A stretch of 64,000 nt of DNA, from the NCBI RefSeq assembly GCF_009914755.1, contig NC_060933.1; one strand, written 5' to 3'. Positions 1 to 14,870 of the stretch are shown here, one piece after another. A program made the translations under genes and the position numbers. The notes below the pieces were generated by a model that saw only the letters and a list, made by a program, of their open reading frames with translations, was not told the origin of the DNA and did not search any database. Every line of letters begins with the position of its first letter. Positions within the stretch are counted from its first letter, which is position 1. The DNA comes from the human T2T-CHM13v2.0 reference genome, Homo sapiens.

Positions 1-336
1 TTCCTCTGATTTCTCCCCAGAGGCCCAGGGTATGGAGCAACCTCAGGCCAGCCTGCTTGGCTCTTCCTCATTTGGCCAGGGCGCTTGCTGAGTGTGAAGC
101 CTTCTTCCAGGGCTCTTCATGTGAACAAACTGCATGCAGCCCTTGATTTCGTCACTGCCTGCAAGGGCTCAGGACCCTCCAAGCGTGCTTTTCATCTGGG
201 AAATCTTTATTCTTTTATACTCTTCTGTCTGTCATCAGGATTTGGGCCTGATAACATAGTTTGAAACACTCCAGAGGTTTTGTCAAATGCCACTTTAGCT
301 TTCTGGTGAAGACTCAAAGAATATATGCTGGGCTGA

Positions 337-807
<471 letters not shown>

Positions 808-2149
808 TCACCCCAGTCCTATCCTTTTCTGTCTGCTCTATTCACCCACGTACCTTTTGGTGGCCGTCATTAAAGGCAGAGGCTCTGCTTCTTTGGTTCA
901 TGAATTATTTGCAGAAAACTTGCTTTGCCTGGGTTCTAGACTCGTTCAACATTGGGCCTTTGGCTGTAATTCCTATCTTCGGTCTTTCTCTTGCTCCTGC
1001 CCCTCATATTGACCAATTTATTTAGGTTCCCCCAGCTCAGTGCTTGGAGTTCCCTCAGGATCTGCCTTGGACTCCATCCTACTGGCCTTCCATAGGGTTC
1101 TCCAATTCCGGAAGTGCTCTGCAGGCCTCAGTCTCTAGCCTGGACTTGCTTAGTGGGTTCATCCAAGACTCAGATGCTTACCATGGACCCAGCACTGACC
1201 AGACACCTGGAGGTTTGTTTGATCTGGTTGGCTCACACTGGGGGCAGCTTGTTCTTAGGATTCCTTTCCCTGAATCCCCAGAGGGCTTGATTCCCTACCC
1301 TTCACCCCCAACAGGTGTCCAGCATGCCTGTTGCCTGTGCTGAGGCAGTAAAACAATTCTTCAGTGCTATAAACTCAAGGGCTCACCTGTTGAAGGTCAG
1401 TGTGTTCAGAGGTGTTTTTACAGCCAGTAAACATAGCACCCATTTACAGTGGAGCACATTGGGTTGTAAATTATTTCACCGATAGCACTAGCCCCTTATT
1501 GACAGAGAAATGGGGGAAATTACACAACCACTCTATATGGTGAGAAAATGCAGTTCTGGTGATACCCATGGACTGCCTGTATCATTCTACTGATGAATTA
1601 TTTCTTTTCTTTCCCCACCCCCAGCCTGTTATTTAACATTGGATTTTGGCTACAGACCCAAGCCACATTTGCTCAGTTTTTTTGTTTTTTTTCTCTGCTA
1701 GTACTATAGCCTTTGAAAGGCATTCATTTTGCCTAAGCTGGCTATGTGATGGGTGTTTCCTAGATGTGAGACTCTGTCATTGACAACTAGTGAACTTTGG
1801 GACTTAAAGGTATTTCAGGAATTGATGGGGACTACTCATGTGCTGTCTTCTGCTTTGGGATGACTTCTAGGAGCCCTGGCCACTGCTACCATGGGCAAAG
1901 ACTGGGTGTTCCTGCCCCATGACTATGCAGAAGGAAACCCCAAATCACCTGCTAGCAAGCATATTCTGTTGCTTGGCACCTCGTTCTTCATCCCGTTTGC
2001 CCTTTAAGCTGGGCCCAGGACACTGAAAACTTGGAGAAGGACTGAAAAATTACAGATCATTGAACTGAGTGTCTGGTAGCTCCTGGGGAGTAGGGAGGCC
2101 ATTGGATAGGAAGCCAGACACAGATTAGAAAACTGGAACTGCTATTGTC

Positions 2150-2260
2150 CAGCTAAGTTCACTTGAACACTTCACATCTCCCTGGGCCTCAGTTTCTTCA
2201 TCTGTAAAATGGGCCTAACAGGGTCTACCTTGTAAGGGAAAGGTAAAATGAAAATGCCTG
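2150..2260 (+). mobile_element. MIR fragment
   Basis: MIR core ctgggcctcagtttcttcatctgtaaaatggg. Confidence 0.8.
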
Positions 2261-3930
2261 CAAAAGAGCATGGCATGTCGTATCACAGACCACACAGGTT
2301 CTAAGCAAGCTGTCCAGGGCCACTCAGCAGTTCCTCCTCCTCTCCTCATCCTGAGAAGGACTGATGGGACTGAAGAAGACCCTGGACACTCTCTCAGGGT
2401 CCCAGTGCTTGTGAGGCTGGGCATGGTGTGACATGCCCTGGAGCGTGGGGCACTCACACATTGTGAATGGGCACCTGGCCGGCCAGCCTGCCACACTGTC
2501 CTTCAAGAGCCCTGTCACAAATCTCCGCTGATCGTTCTCTGTTAGAGCTCTGCTTTACCCATGGTTTGGGTTGAATTGACCTGGGGGTTCAGGGCAAAGC
2601 CAGGCAGAGAGGAATGGAGAGCCACTGGGCCACCGAGTGCACAGGTGCTGGCCCTTCCAACTCAATCGGTCTCACAACCCTGGCGGAAGGCGCCAGAGGC
2701 TTGTAAAAGACCAGGATGTTTCTACAGGTGTTTGCAGTAAAGGGCTTTCCCTACTCCCAGACTTCAGTTCAAGACTGGTTTGGGTCTGGGAGTTTCTCAC
2801 TTTCCCTAATTCCTGAACAAACAAAACAAATCCATTTTGAGCTTCTGGCTGGATTCCCTCCCCACACAGAGGAAGAGAGAAACTATGATCCACAAGCACC
2901 TGCCATATCATCCGTGAGATAGCACACTGATCCTGACAGCAGCCCCCACCCCCAGGCTGGAGTGAATAACCCCCACGCAGAGGGAACGAAGGCCCATGGA
3001 AGTGGAGGTCATGCAGTCAGGAGGTGGAAGGTGGTATCTGAACCGAGGACTTGAGCCCCCAAACCCTACACAACTTTACTGCTTCTGAGGCTATGAAGGA
3101 GAAAGATTGAAGCAGGGCCTGAGAAAAAGGCCAAGTGGATTAGTGAGGAGGCTGGGGAGAGGAGGAAAAGGGAAATATATAAATAAATGCACACAGTTAT
3201 TGCCTCATCAAGGCAAATGAAGTTTGCTCATGTGGTGGGAAATTGTGAAACTTGGCTATGAAAGCTTTATGTTAGATAGATTGTGAGGCCCACATGATGA
3301 GAGTTCTCCCAGCACACCCTTTTCTCTCCAGCCTCTAATCAGAGATCCGGTTGCTGGTTCATGCTTTTCTACCCAGCTTGATCAGATTTATTGAAACAGC
3401 CATTTTTCTTACTCAACCACCTCTTCTTGGAAGTTCTGCAAACTTACAGAAGCCATCCAACCACAGGAGGCAAGGGGCAAAGTGACACACTCTGTAATTT
3501 TAGTGCCTCCTTCAGAGCCTCTTTGTTGGAGGAGTTATTGCCATCTCCATTGCTCAAATGAGGATGCAAGTGCAGAGAGTTTATGATATTTGTCCAAGGT
3601 CAAACAGCTGACAGTGATGAAGCCAGACTTGGAGCTCAGCTCTGCCAGATTCTGGAATGCATCTCTTTCCATAGTCCTTGTCTGAGGCCTGCTTAAAATA
3701 TGGCATTCCCATGTATTCTCCAATTCAATTGTCATAATAACCTTAGAAATTCAGGTATTGTTGTTAGTGCCTCCATTTCACAGAGAGAAATTTCATCAAG
3801 GAGGTTAAATGCTTTGACTGAGACCTCACAACTTTTGAGTGCATGGTAGAACTTGCACCTGAATTTCATAGACTTGAACTTCCGATATTTTTTATTATAC
3901 TATATTTAAAGAGCATAATCCTTCATCTTT

Positions 3931-4115
3931 CCATCTGCCCATCCATCCATCCATCCATCCTTCCATCCATCCATCCATCCATCCATCCATCCATCCATCC
4001 ATCCATCCATCCATCCATCTTTCCTTCCATCCATCCACCCATCAGGCCATTCACTCATTCACCCACCTATCCATCCATCCACATCCATCCATCCACCCAC
4101 CCACCCACCAACCCA
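3931..4115. repeat. (CCAT)n microsatellite, probably an expanded L2 3' tail
   Basis: Long CCAT array followed by L2-like gtgcctactttgtagcagg. Confidence 0.93.
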
Positions 4116-5047
4116 ATCATCTTTTCAGTGCCTACTTTGTAGCAGGTCCTATACTAGGTCTAGGTAGAGTAATATGGTCATGAAAACTTTCATTTGTCTC
4201 CAGAAGCCTGTAGCCTTTAAAAGAACAGATATCCAATTACATGATATAATGCTGAAATAAGTGTGGCAGTAGAAATATGTAGATTGAGGGAGACTAGGTC
4301 TGCCCAGTTGGTTGGGAGAGGTGGTGATACTCTGCCCCTGCTTGTTGAGTACTTTGTTTTGAAAAGCATGTTTTGCATGTATTTTTCAAAATCTCCTAAT
4401 TGAATGAGGCACCTGCCTCTGTGGCATCCTTGTGGGCAGTGGTTGAGCAGGAAGTCATCCTCCATGCGAATTAGGTTAATTTGGTGAAAATGAAATGAAT
4501 AGCTCTGTAATCTGGGGTGATGGAAATCCCAGGGGGCACAAAGCTAAACTTGTGGCAGAAGCTGCTAATTGAATTGTGACCTTGGGTTCTAGCTGGTTAC
4601 ATAAACCATCTTCAGGTGAGAACTAACCGGAGCTTACCCAGCTGGCAGGGGCTGGGCTGCCTCTTCTCATTAGGATCCTGACTGCATTTCTGTAACTGCC
4701 CAGACTTGTTGAAAGGGCTTCTTTTCTTTTCTGGAGTTCGCATGTCCTAGGAGGTCCTAGGAGGACTCTGGATGGACTTCAGTGACCTGTGAATCCCTTA
4801 AATTAGAAGCAAAATTCATGTACGTGTATATGTTCCCGGAAAGAAGGGCTATAGCTTTAATCAGTTTCTCAAGATAGTCCCTGAGTGAAATAATGTAAAT
4901 AACTAGTGACGTGGTTTCTTGTTCCCACTCAAGTAGAGTTTTGATTCAGTAAGTCAGGAGTGAGACCCAGGGCTCTTGATTTTATCTTTAGATTTCCAGG
5001 CGATTCTAACACTCAGTCAGTCTTGGGAACCACTGATTGAATTAGAA

Positions 5048-5200
5048 CTCTGCTCAAACTTTAATGAGCCTACGAAGCCCGTGGGGAACTTGTTAACATA
5101 CAGATTCTGATTTGGTGGGACTGAGATGGGGCTGAAGATTCTGTGTTTCTAACCAGCTCCCAGGTGATTCTGCTGGTGGGTGAACCACACTTTGAGTAGT
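5048..5200 (-). mobile_element. MER5A-like hAT DNA transposon
   Basis: cagattctgattt...ccaggtgattctgctg...ccacactttgagtag. Confidence 0.75.
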
Positions 5201-5489
5201 AAGAACCTAAAGGCATGTTTGTACTTGGGTCAGTCATAGGACATTGGTTAGATTCAAGACACATCTAATTCCTTTGTTTGGGATTGAGATTAAGCACTCA
5301 AGCCACTTCCATTTGAGGAACACTATTAGAGGGAAGTTAAGAGATTTAGGGATTGTTGAGTACTTCATGGCCAAGAGTTCTATTTCCAGTCACAGTATGG
5401 GTTGTGTAAAGAATGAGTATGAGGTTAGACAGATTCAGGTGTCAATACTGGCCCCAATATTGATCACTTATGTGTATTATTTGGAATGA

Positions 5490-5840
5490 CATCAGCTATA
5501 ATAACAGAAAGGTTGACTAACAGTGGCTTAAACCAATAGTGGCTTATTTTTCATACATAACAATAAGTTATTCAGTAGTGTTGGAATCCTTGGGTCAACT
5601 GCCAATAACTGAGGACCAGGGCTATTTTGTTCTTCTGCTCCATGTCTCTAGTATGTGGCTCTTGTGGGAGAAAAGCACACTGTCAGCATCTTAGGCAGGA
5701 AGAAGGATATATTCATTGGAGTAATGTTGCCTAGCCATCCCTAACTGCAAGGAATGTTGGAAAAGAATTATGAACATTTCCAACTTCTATTCTGGAAAGC
5801 AGCAAGAGAGATTTGAGAAATGCTGTTAGGTCAGCTCATA
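5490..5840. mobile_element. Old MLT1 (ERVL-MaLR) LTR remnant
   Basis: aacagtggcttaaac...ttattttt motif typical of MLT1J/K-type LTRs. Confidence 0.55.
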
Positions 5841-5936
5841 ATACTATCTTCTACATCATATGATTGTAGGCAATTTGCTGAATCTTTCTGAGCCTCAGTT
5901 TTTTCATTTGTAAAATGAGAGAATAGTTCCTTCTAG

Positions 5937-6112
5937 CAGTAGTTCTCAAAGTGTGGTGTGTGGTTCCCAGACCAGCAGTAACAGCATCACCTGGAAGCCT
6001 GAGTACCACCCCATACCTACTAAATCAGAAGCTCTGAGGGTGGAGTCCAGCAATCTGTGTTTCAACAAGCCTTCTAAGTGATTCTGATGTGCACTCAAGT
6101 TTGAGAAACACT
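5937..6112 (+). mobile_element. MER5A inserted in a MIR
   Basis: cagtagttctcaaagtgtgg...gtttgagaaacact termini; MIR sequence on both sides. Confidence 0.85.
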
Positions 6113-6225
6113 ACCTTAAGGATTGTTGGGAAGACTAAGATGATTGCTTAAGGCGTTCAACATTCAGAGAGTGCTCATAACACATAGCCTGGGAGTCCAT
6201 ATCTTAGACTAAAACAGTGTTGGAG

Positions 6226-6227
<2 letters not shown>

Positions 6228-6258
<31 letters not shown>

Positions 6259-6535
6259 AGATGGAGTCTCTCTCTGTTACTCGGGCTGGAATGCAGTAGT
6301 GCGATCTTAGCTCACTGCAGCCTCTGCCTCCCGGGTTCAAGCAATTCTCCTGCCTCAGCCTCCTGAGTAGCTGGGATTACAGGTGTGTGCCACCACGCCC
6401 AGCTAATTTTTGTATTTTTAGTAGAGACGGGGTTTCACCATGTTGGTCAGGCTGGTCTTGAACTCCTGACCTTGTGGTCGCCCGCCTTGGCCTCCCAAAG
6501 TGCTGGGATTACAGGCGTGAGCCACTGCGCCCAGC
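6228..6535 (-). mobile_element. Alu, full length
   Basis: Poly-T plus reverse Alu dimer. Confidence 0.97.
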
Positions 6536-6543
6536 TAGAGTCC

Positions 6544-6716
6544 TTTTTTTTTTGAGACGGAGTCTCACTTTGTCACGCAGGCTGGAATGCAGTGACGATC
6601 CTCCTGACTCAGCCCCCCAAGAATCTGGGACTACAGACACACTTCACCACACCCAGATAATTTTTGTACTTTTAGTAGAGTCAGGGTTTCACCATGTTGC
6701 CCATGCTGGTCTTGAA
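6544..6716 (-). mobile_element. 5'-truncated, internally deleted Alu
   Basis: Reverse Alu ending at gctggtcttgaac. Confidence 0.9.
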
Positions 6717-6840
6717 CGTTGGAGTCCATTTTCTGAGTGCTGACTTGGAATAAGAAGTTTAGAAAATATTCAATAAAGAATTTCCAAGGTTTGTTCTGAC
6801 TAATATCCAATCCTCCAATCCCTAGGATCCTTTGGAGAGC

Positions 6841-7083
6841 TGCTCACTGCAGCCTCGACCTCCACCTGGGCTCAAGTGATCTTCCTGCCTCAGCCTTCTG
6901 AGGAGCTAGGACTACAGGCATGTGCCACCATGCCCGGCTAATTACAATTTTTTTTTTTTTTTTGTAGATACAGGGTTCTCACTAAGTTGCCTAGGCTGAT
7001 CTTAAACCCCTGAGCTCGAGCAATCCTCTAGCATTGGCCTCCTAAAGTGTTGGGATTATAGGCATGGTTCACCACACCTGGCT
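6841..7083 (-). mobile_element. AluJ-like element
   Basis: Diverged Alu with J-type gggctcaagtgatc. Confidence 0.9.
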
Positions 7084-10000
7084 TTCTTTCATTATTGAGG
7101 CAGTCAGCATTCAGTTTCAGAAACGATCTCTATCTCAGTATAATGGGAGAAGAGTGTGTAGACAGACTATTGCTCTGCAGGGGCCAGGGGCCTTAAGGTA
7201 ACACATACACAGACCAGTGGGGTTCCAAGCAGGGTGGAAACCCCTCTGTTGGGGCAACCAAGGAGGCTTTTGCTGCATGGAAGCTTGAGTACTGAGCCGT
7301 TCAGGTGGAGCTCCTGCTAGCAAATTCCCTCCTGGATCCTTGGAATCCAGGCCAGATAGAATGATGATGATGGTTAAATGTATGAATCACTGAGTCTGGC
7401 CAGGTCCTGCTTAAGTGCTAACTTATTTCATCTCATAGAATCTTCACATCAAACCTAGGAGAAAGGTACTATTATCATCTCTAAGTTACAAAAATGGGAA
7501 CTGAGCCACCAAATGGCTAAGTGGTTTGCCTAAGAACACAGCGCTGGGCAGACAGAGGAACCAGGGGACTTAGGCCTTGCCAAGGAGGTGACAGTTGGAC
7601 TGGCCTGGAGGGACTGGCCTGGAAAGAACAGCTACAGTATGGCCACAGGTGAGCCTGAGCGGGTAGACGATGCTCACCTTTCCCTGTGGCCAAGCACTGG
7701 CTGTGGGCAGGTGGGGAGGAGTAGGTGGGAGATGCCTGTCCCAGCGAGGACAGGCCAGTCCTAAAAGGGGCTTGTGTGTCCTGAGCCAAGAAGCTTGACT
7801 TTTGCCTTCTAAAACAGACATTGACTCAGTCAGGAGAGCTTGAGAAATCTCTCTCCAGGAGGCTGTGGGAGGTAGATTTTCCTTGATTGGCCTGGTCTCC
7901 CTTCTGCCCTCAGGGTCTGACTTTCCCCCTTGATCTTCTCTTAACAAGTGGGTGGTTGTGACTCTCCTAGGGTTCCGGGATGGCCAAGGAGGCCCATCTC
8001 ACCAGACCTGGCCCTGAGAAACTTCACCAGCAAGGCTTTCAAATCGGGTGCGTGATTGCTACGACGTGAGTTCCCTTCCAGTAGGGCCTGCAGCTGCTCT
8101 GTCCTCCTGGATGGAGAATCTGACTCCAACTCAGCTTCCCAAACCACACACAATTCCAAGATGAGACTGGTCTTCCTCTGGGGGACCAAGGAGAAATGTG
8201 GTAATTTAGACTCTCAAAGACTCTTCCTAAAAAGCTGGGCTGTTAAGGAATCCACTCCAAGCGATCACCATCTGTGGCAGGCAGCTGGTGGAATAGACAG
8301 AACTGTTTTGACATCAGATGAACTAGAATTTGAATACTGGTTTAGTCCTGTCTAGCTGTAGGGATTTGAAGGGAAATACAGTTTTTCTTTCGGAAAACCA
8401 GGACAATAATATTGTACTAGATTTGTGAGGTTAAAGATATAGAAGGTATAGACAGCTAGGAGGTGTTGGGAGATTGGGGCTTCTATTCTTTGTTTTGCAT
8501 TATTATTCTTAGCAAAGCCACTTACAGGGTGTCTGAAGAAGCATCCCTTTCTTTGGCTCCAGAGTGTGAGTAGAGTTTATTAGGGTCCCCCTGGCTTTTG
8601 GGTCCACCCAGTTTCTTCTGCAGACAATGTTTGGACTGAACTTCACTCTCTGTACAATGAGGAAACCTGTTTTAAAGGCCTCACTTGTCAAAAAAACAGC
8701 CATAAAACAGACTTAATGAGACTTCTGGATACAGCCAGGCCCATGTGATTGGCTGCTCCAGGGCAGGCAAGGCTGGAATTCAGGGCTCTGAACGTGCTGG
8801 CCGGCTGCGCTCCAGCCCCGGTCTGTGCTGGTGGTGTTCCGTGTGCTCTGTCCGCCTCTCCTTTAACTTCCCTGATAAAATGCTTACTTGGATATTGTTC
8901 TGAGATGATTGATTGTTAAATGCCCTGCAAATACAAAACTAGGCTGCTAAGTCACACTCGAGAGAAGTCCAGGAAATCCTCTAGTTGAATGTTACAGCCG
9001 GCTTCTCCTGAATAGAGGCACAGCAGCAGATTTCACCTAGCCAACCCGTTTGCTTTTTAAATGGGGAGACCGAGGCCCTGAAAGGGGAAAGCACTTACAT
9101 AATATGTATGTTTTATTACAACTAAAAAAAAAAAAGACAGAGAGAAAGACGAATAGACAAGGCCCTCGTAGACCAGGAGGATGGCAGACTCACTGGATTC
9201 ATGCTGGGTGGGGGGCCTCTCTAAGCTCTTTCCCCCACTCTACCTTTCTGCTCCTTCTCCTTTATTCCCCATAGATAGAGAGCAGTTTTTCCTCCTAGTA
9301 CCAAATGTGGATGGTGGCATATTCTTTCCCTTTTACAGAAATATTAAATCCCCCCAGGTCACACAGCTGTGTTGTCTGGGTGGTGGCTGAACCAGGATTC
9401 CATCTCAGGTGTGTCTGATGGCCATCACGATACCACTGTAAAGCTGAGCTCATTGACTAACGCTTAGGAAGTGGAGGGCCTTACATTCTAGATTCCAACC
9501 TTCGCCTACAACAAAGGAAACTGCCGGTATTTTCCCATTGCTAGTGACCTCTGCTTTCTTGTGACCAACAAGTAAGCAAGTCAAGTCCATTTGTTAAGCT
9601 CTGTGACTCTTTTCATTGTTAGGAAAATTTGGACTTCAAAGTGAGGGAGTTTTGGGGGATGCTTGGCCTCTTTGGGACCGAGAGGGTGAGGACAGCTGTT
9701 TTCTTGTTCAATTGGCAGCCCTGGATTAAATTTCTAATTTTCTTCCTCACCTATTTCCTCCCTGTTTCCTATAAGCTTAGCCCTTTTCCTGGCACATAGT
9801 AGGTGTTCAATAAATATTTGCTGAATGAATGAATAAAGTGCATTGTGTGAACTGCTTTGTGTGAACACGTTAATTCCTCATTCAGATGTTGGCCCCTGCT
9901 TCTCAGGGACCGGGCCTTCTCTGTCCTTCCAGCCTGTGGGGCTTAGCACAGTGCCCTGGCTGGAGAAGGCATTCTGTGTGTACATACTGGACGAGTACAT

Positions 10001-10369
10001 ACATGGATAGCTTTTTAGGCTGCTGGTGCTGAATCACACAGCTGAACTTGAACCATATACAAATTTGGGACCTGCTTTTGGAAACGTTCTCATCTTTGTA
10101 CATTTATAAAGGTGTTCCTGTATTTCTGACCTTGCAGCCACCGGACTTCAGCAGCAGTCATTGTTAGCTGTAATGAACTCAGCTCTCTGAGAGCATCCCA
10201 CAGGGCTCATGATCTCACTGGAGGAGCACTGGAAACCAGGAGAGAGTGTGGGAGGTCTGGGAGGCAATGCATTGTCGGGCAGATGGTCCCTCAGGAGGAA
10301 ATGCAGGCAGTGCCTATAGGGTAGTGCCCACCACACAGTGCTCGCCCCCTGAATGTGTTGTGCTAATAT

Positions 10370-10860
10370 TAATGAAAATTAGTTAGAAAGAATTGAATTC
10401 AGTTGTGAGGATGGGCGATAATCACCCCTCCTCTAAACCCTCAGCAAGCGTAACATCAGCAATTTTTTTTTCCATGTAATAAGTCAGAGGTATTCTAGTC
10501 CAGGGCTGGCATGTGACATAGTGTTGGAGCCCCAGGTTCCTCCTGTGTTATTCTCAAGGTCACCTCTTTGTCCAAGGTGTCTGTTGCAGCTCCAGCCATT
10601 AAATCTGTATTCCAGAAAGCAAGAAGAATGAAAGGCAGAGATAAGTGAGAGCATATTTTAGGCACACTCTCTGGAAATTGTATACAACTTTTCCAAGTCT
10701 ATCCCATTGGTCAGAACTTAATTGACTGGCCAAACACAGCAGCAAGGGAAGCTGTGATTTATTCAGGGTGGCCATGTACTCAGCAAATATCATGGGGTTC
10801 TTCTGAGAGAGAAGGGGAGAACCAATATTGGAGGGCAATTAGAGTCAGTAGCACAAACCG
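10370..10860. mobile_element. Old MLT1-like LTR remnant
   Basis: cccattggtcagaactta...ggccaaacacagcagcaagggaagctg motifs. Confidence 0.55.
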
Positions 10861-11918
10861 GAGCTTCTCTCTCCTCTGTTCCACCGTGTCAAACCTCTGG
10901 GCCCGAGAAGGTAGGTATTATCCTCAGTTTAGGTTTAAGCCACCTGAGACTCAGAGGAGTGAATGGCTTGCCCCAGGTCACATAGTTGGGTATTAAAGGA
11001 GCTGAGAACGGAATCCACATTTGCCTGGAATATGAAACCTGAGTTATTTGTGTGATTGCTTTTTGATAGAGGTGATGTTTTCCTATGAGCAGGGAGGGCA
11101 GCTATATCTGTTTGTGAGCTATGTTAGTGTCCAAATAACTTAAGAAAATGGTCATGCAGTTGTGTGCTCATGCCACCAATGTTTCTTTATGTGCCCACAA
11201 TGTTTCATTTATCCTTCTCCCACTTGGCAATCTGGTAGCATCCCAACACCACTTTTCTTCTTCATCTCTGTATTTCCTGCATTCCTGCAGGGTCCAGCAC
11301 AGAGCAGATGCCCCATGTATTGTTGTTGAGTGAATTCACTAATTAATAAAGCTCAGTCACAGCACCATTTGATACCCTGGGTGTTCTCAGGACTCAGGAC
11401 TATGTGTCCTGAAGAACTAGACCATTCTACATGCATCAGACACACAGAGACCTCAGAAACCCAGTCCCTCCTGTGCTGTCTAGGTTCTTATCCAGTCTCA
11501 CTGTGCCAGGTACCCAGCTGGATCCAGGGAATCCAGGAAGGGAAAGAGGTGCCACCTGCACTTTGCTAAGGGTGTCATAATTCCAGTTAACCCGCAAAAT
11601 AGCCTTTTATAGGAGGTGGTAGTCCCACTTTCCTGGTGAGGAGACCGAGACTCAGAGTTGAAATGATTTTTCAAAGGTCATCCAGCTAATAAGGGGTGGA
11701 GCCAGGAAGCCTGTTGGACCCCGAATCTTTCATCCATGCATCATTCACTTATCCCCTTTTCAAATCCTTACAGATTTGACAAGCCAGTCATGCAAACAGT
11801 TGCTTAGCGTCACCCACACAGCAAAGACCCGGGATCTGGATAAATGAGTTAGAAAACCTGGTTTGCCCTGGTCACATATTACCCAGGCACTCCTTTTTGG
11901 CTCCTGCCTCCCAATGTC

Positions 11919-11919
<1 letters not shown>

Positions 11920-11962
<43 letters not shown>
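11920..11962. repeat. (CA)n microsatellite
   Basis: About 21 CA units. Confidence 0.98.
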
Positions 11963-11967
<5 letters not shown>

Positions 11968-12794
11968 ACATACTTTTTCTTCAGCTTCCAGGCTTTCTGC
12001 TTTTATGTTCCCAGCAAACTCAATTATTCCTTGCAGTGAAGTTGATGGGACTTTTACCCTATCCCTTCAGTGCCTCCTTCCCCTGGCCACCTTTCCTTTT
12101 GGCAAACCTTCCCCAGTAGCCAAGGGCTGTGTGAAGGGAAGGCAGCCCCAGGCTAAAGTGCACATGGGAGGCTGTGCCGTGAGTCAGCCTGGCTGGGAAG
12201 GGAGCCTCAAGCTTCCCGGGTTACAGGGGCCTCCAGCTCTTGGGGGTGATGAATCTTCTGGCTCACTTCAGCACACACATCAGGGGCAGCCTTCAAGTCT
12301 CGGGGCTGCCCTGCATCGTTCCAGGGGGCTTTTCCATCAGTCTTTTATTGCCTCAGTCCCAGAAGCGTGGCACATAGTGGAACTCCTTTCATAGCCAGGG
12401 AGAGGAGGGCCTGCCAGTTTAAAGGAAGGATCTGGATTCAGAAAGCCAGCGAATGCCAGAGGAGGCTTTGGTCTCCTCCAGGCCTGCACAGTTCATCCGT
12501 TTACGTTTTCAGAAAGCCCTTCATGGCCAAATCCTTTCCTACCCGCACCGCGCCCTCCTGCTCTCCTGCTGAGTTAGGAGCATGCTGGCTTTCTTTTTGT
12601 TCTTGGAACCCCCATGCTTGCTCAAGTCCTAGGGCCTGTGCTCCAGGCGGTCCGTGCCTGGAAATCTCTTCTCCTATCTCCATGTGACTGGCTCCTTGTC
12701 ACCCAGATCTCGGCTTAATGACGTTTTATCAAAGGTCTTTCCAGGACCCTCAGTAGAGTAGCTACCAGGGTCCTCTCCATTGTAATGTGTATCT

Positions 12795-13092
12795 TTTTTT
12801 TTTTTTTTTTTTGAGACGGAGTCTCTCTCTGTCACCCAGGCTGGAGTGCAATGGCATGATCTCGGCTCACTACAACCTCCGCCTCCTGGGTTCAAGTGAT
12901 TTTCCTGCCTCAGCCTCCTGAGTAGCTGGGACTACCGGTGTGCACCACCATGCCTGGCTAATTTTTGTATTTTTAGTAGAGACAGGGTTTCACCATGTTG
13001 ATCAGGGTGGTCTCGAACTCCCGACCTCATGATCCGCCCACCTTGGCCTCCCAAAGTGCTGGGATTACAGGCGTGAACCACCACGCCTGGCC
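12795..13092 (-). mobile_element. Alu, full length
   Basis: Poly-T plus reverse Alu; tgtatc in both flanks. Confidence 0.97.
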
Positions 13093-13199
13093 ACATGTAT
13101 CTCTTTTATGTATTTTAAAAAGCGCCCCCTCCCCTCAGTAGAAATCTTATGAGCGCAAAGACCCCTCATGAAGATAGGATGCTTAGAATCGTGGTTCAG

Positions 13200-13730
<531 letters not shown>

Positions 13731-14429
13731 TCAGAGCATTGATTGGTTCTAGAGAAGAAAAACTGAATTCTACCTCTGCTCCTCTTTATCTTGGAGTCTT
13801 GAGCAAGTTTCTTACCTTCTCTGTGGCTCAGTTTCCCCAGCTCACCTAAATATTGGAGATAATAACACAACTTGTCTCATGGATTGTATTGTGAGCATCA
13901 TTTACATATCTGGCTTATTAGTTGCTCACATCTTCAGCATATTACGTGGTTCCTGCACAGAGTAGGGACTCGACATATATATTTGTTAACAAATGAATGG
14001 CTGAGCACCTACTAGGACCCACGCCTTGTGCTGGGCTCTGGGGAGATATTGGTGAACCAGAACTTGTTGGGGTCACTGCACTCAAGGTGGTCAGAGTTTC
14101 AGGGTTAAGGTCAAAATGGTTTTTACACCAGAGGCAGCAAAAGCCACATCCCGTGGGCAGGTGATATTGATGAGGCCGGGAGGGAGTAACGGGGCAGTGG
14201 AAAAATGAAGTGTGTATATCCCCTCTAAATTGTAGCTATGAGTCAATGCAGAACCAACTTGCAGGCACTCTGATTATCCAAAGAAGCTGGAAATCTGGAT
14301 TTTTAAGTGCAGTGTCTCATTTTTTGCAAGTAGCTGACTTGATAAAGCAAAAAGAAACCAAACCAAAACAGCACCGGATGGGCTCAATAGACACAATTGC
14401 AGCAATAGCGTGTTGAATTCAGCCATCTC

Positions 14430-14723
14430 TTTTTTTTTTTTTTTTTTTTTTGGAGAAGGAGTCTCACTCTTGTTGCCCACGCTGGAGTGCAGTGGTGCGA
14501 TCTCGGCTCACTGCAGCCTTGCAACCTCCACCTCCCAGGTTTAAGCGATTCTCCTGCCTCAGCCTCCTGAGTAGCTGGGATTACAGGTGCCCACCACCAT
14601 GCCCAGCAAATTTTTGTATGTTTTGTAGAGACAGGGTTTTACTGTGTTGCCCAGGCTGGTGTTATATTCCTGATCTCAGATGATCTGCCTCCCTCGGCCT
14701 CCTGAAGTGCTGGGATTACAGGT
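14430..14723 (-). mobile_element. Alu, full length
   Basis: Reverse Alu; TSD cagccatctc/cagtcatctc. Confidence 0.97.
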
Positions 14724-14754
14724 GTAAGCCACCACATCCGGCCCAGTCATCTCC

Positions 14755-14870
14755 TTTTCACAACCTTATTTTATGGATAAAGAGACTGAGGCTCAGGAGG
14801 GCCACATGACTTCCCCACAGGCACACAGCTAGCATGCAGAGGAGCTACAGGTTTGAATCCAGGTTCATGT
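14755..14870 (-). mobile_element. MIR fragment
   Basis: gagactgaggctcagg...tgacttccc. Confidence 0.7.

Noticed and set aside
3843-4142. (PSIH)n repeat ORF
   Set aside because: Translation of the (CCAT)n microsatellite
11897-12394. 165-aa ORF with HT repeat
   Set aside because: Driven by (CA)n; no recognisable domain
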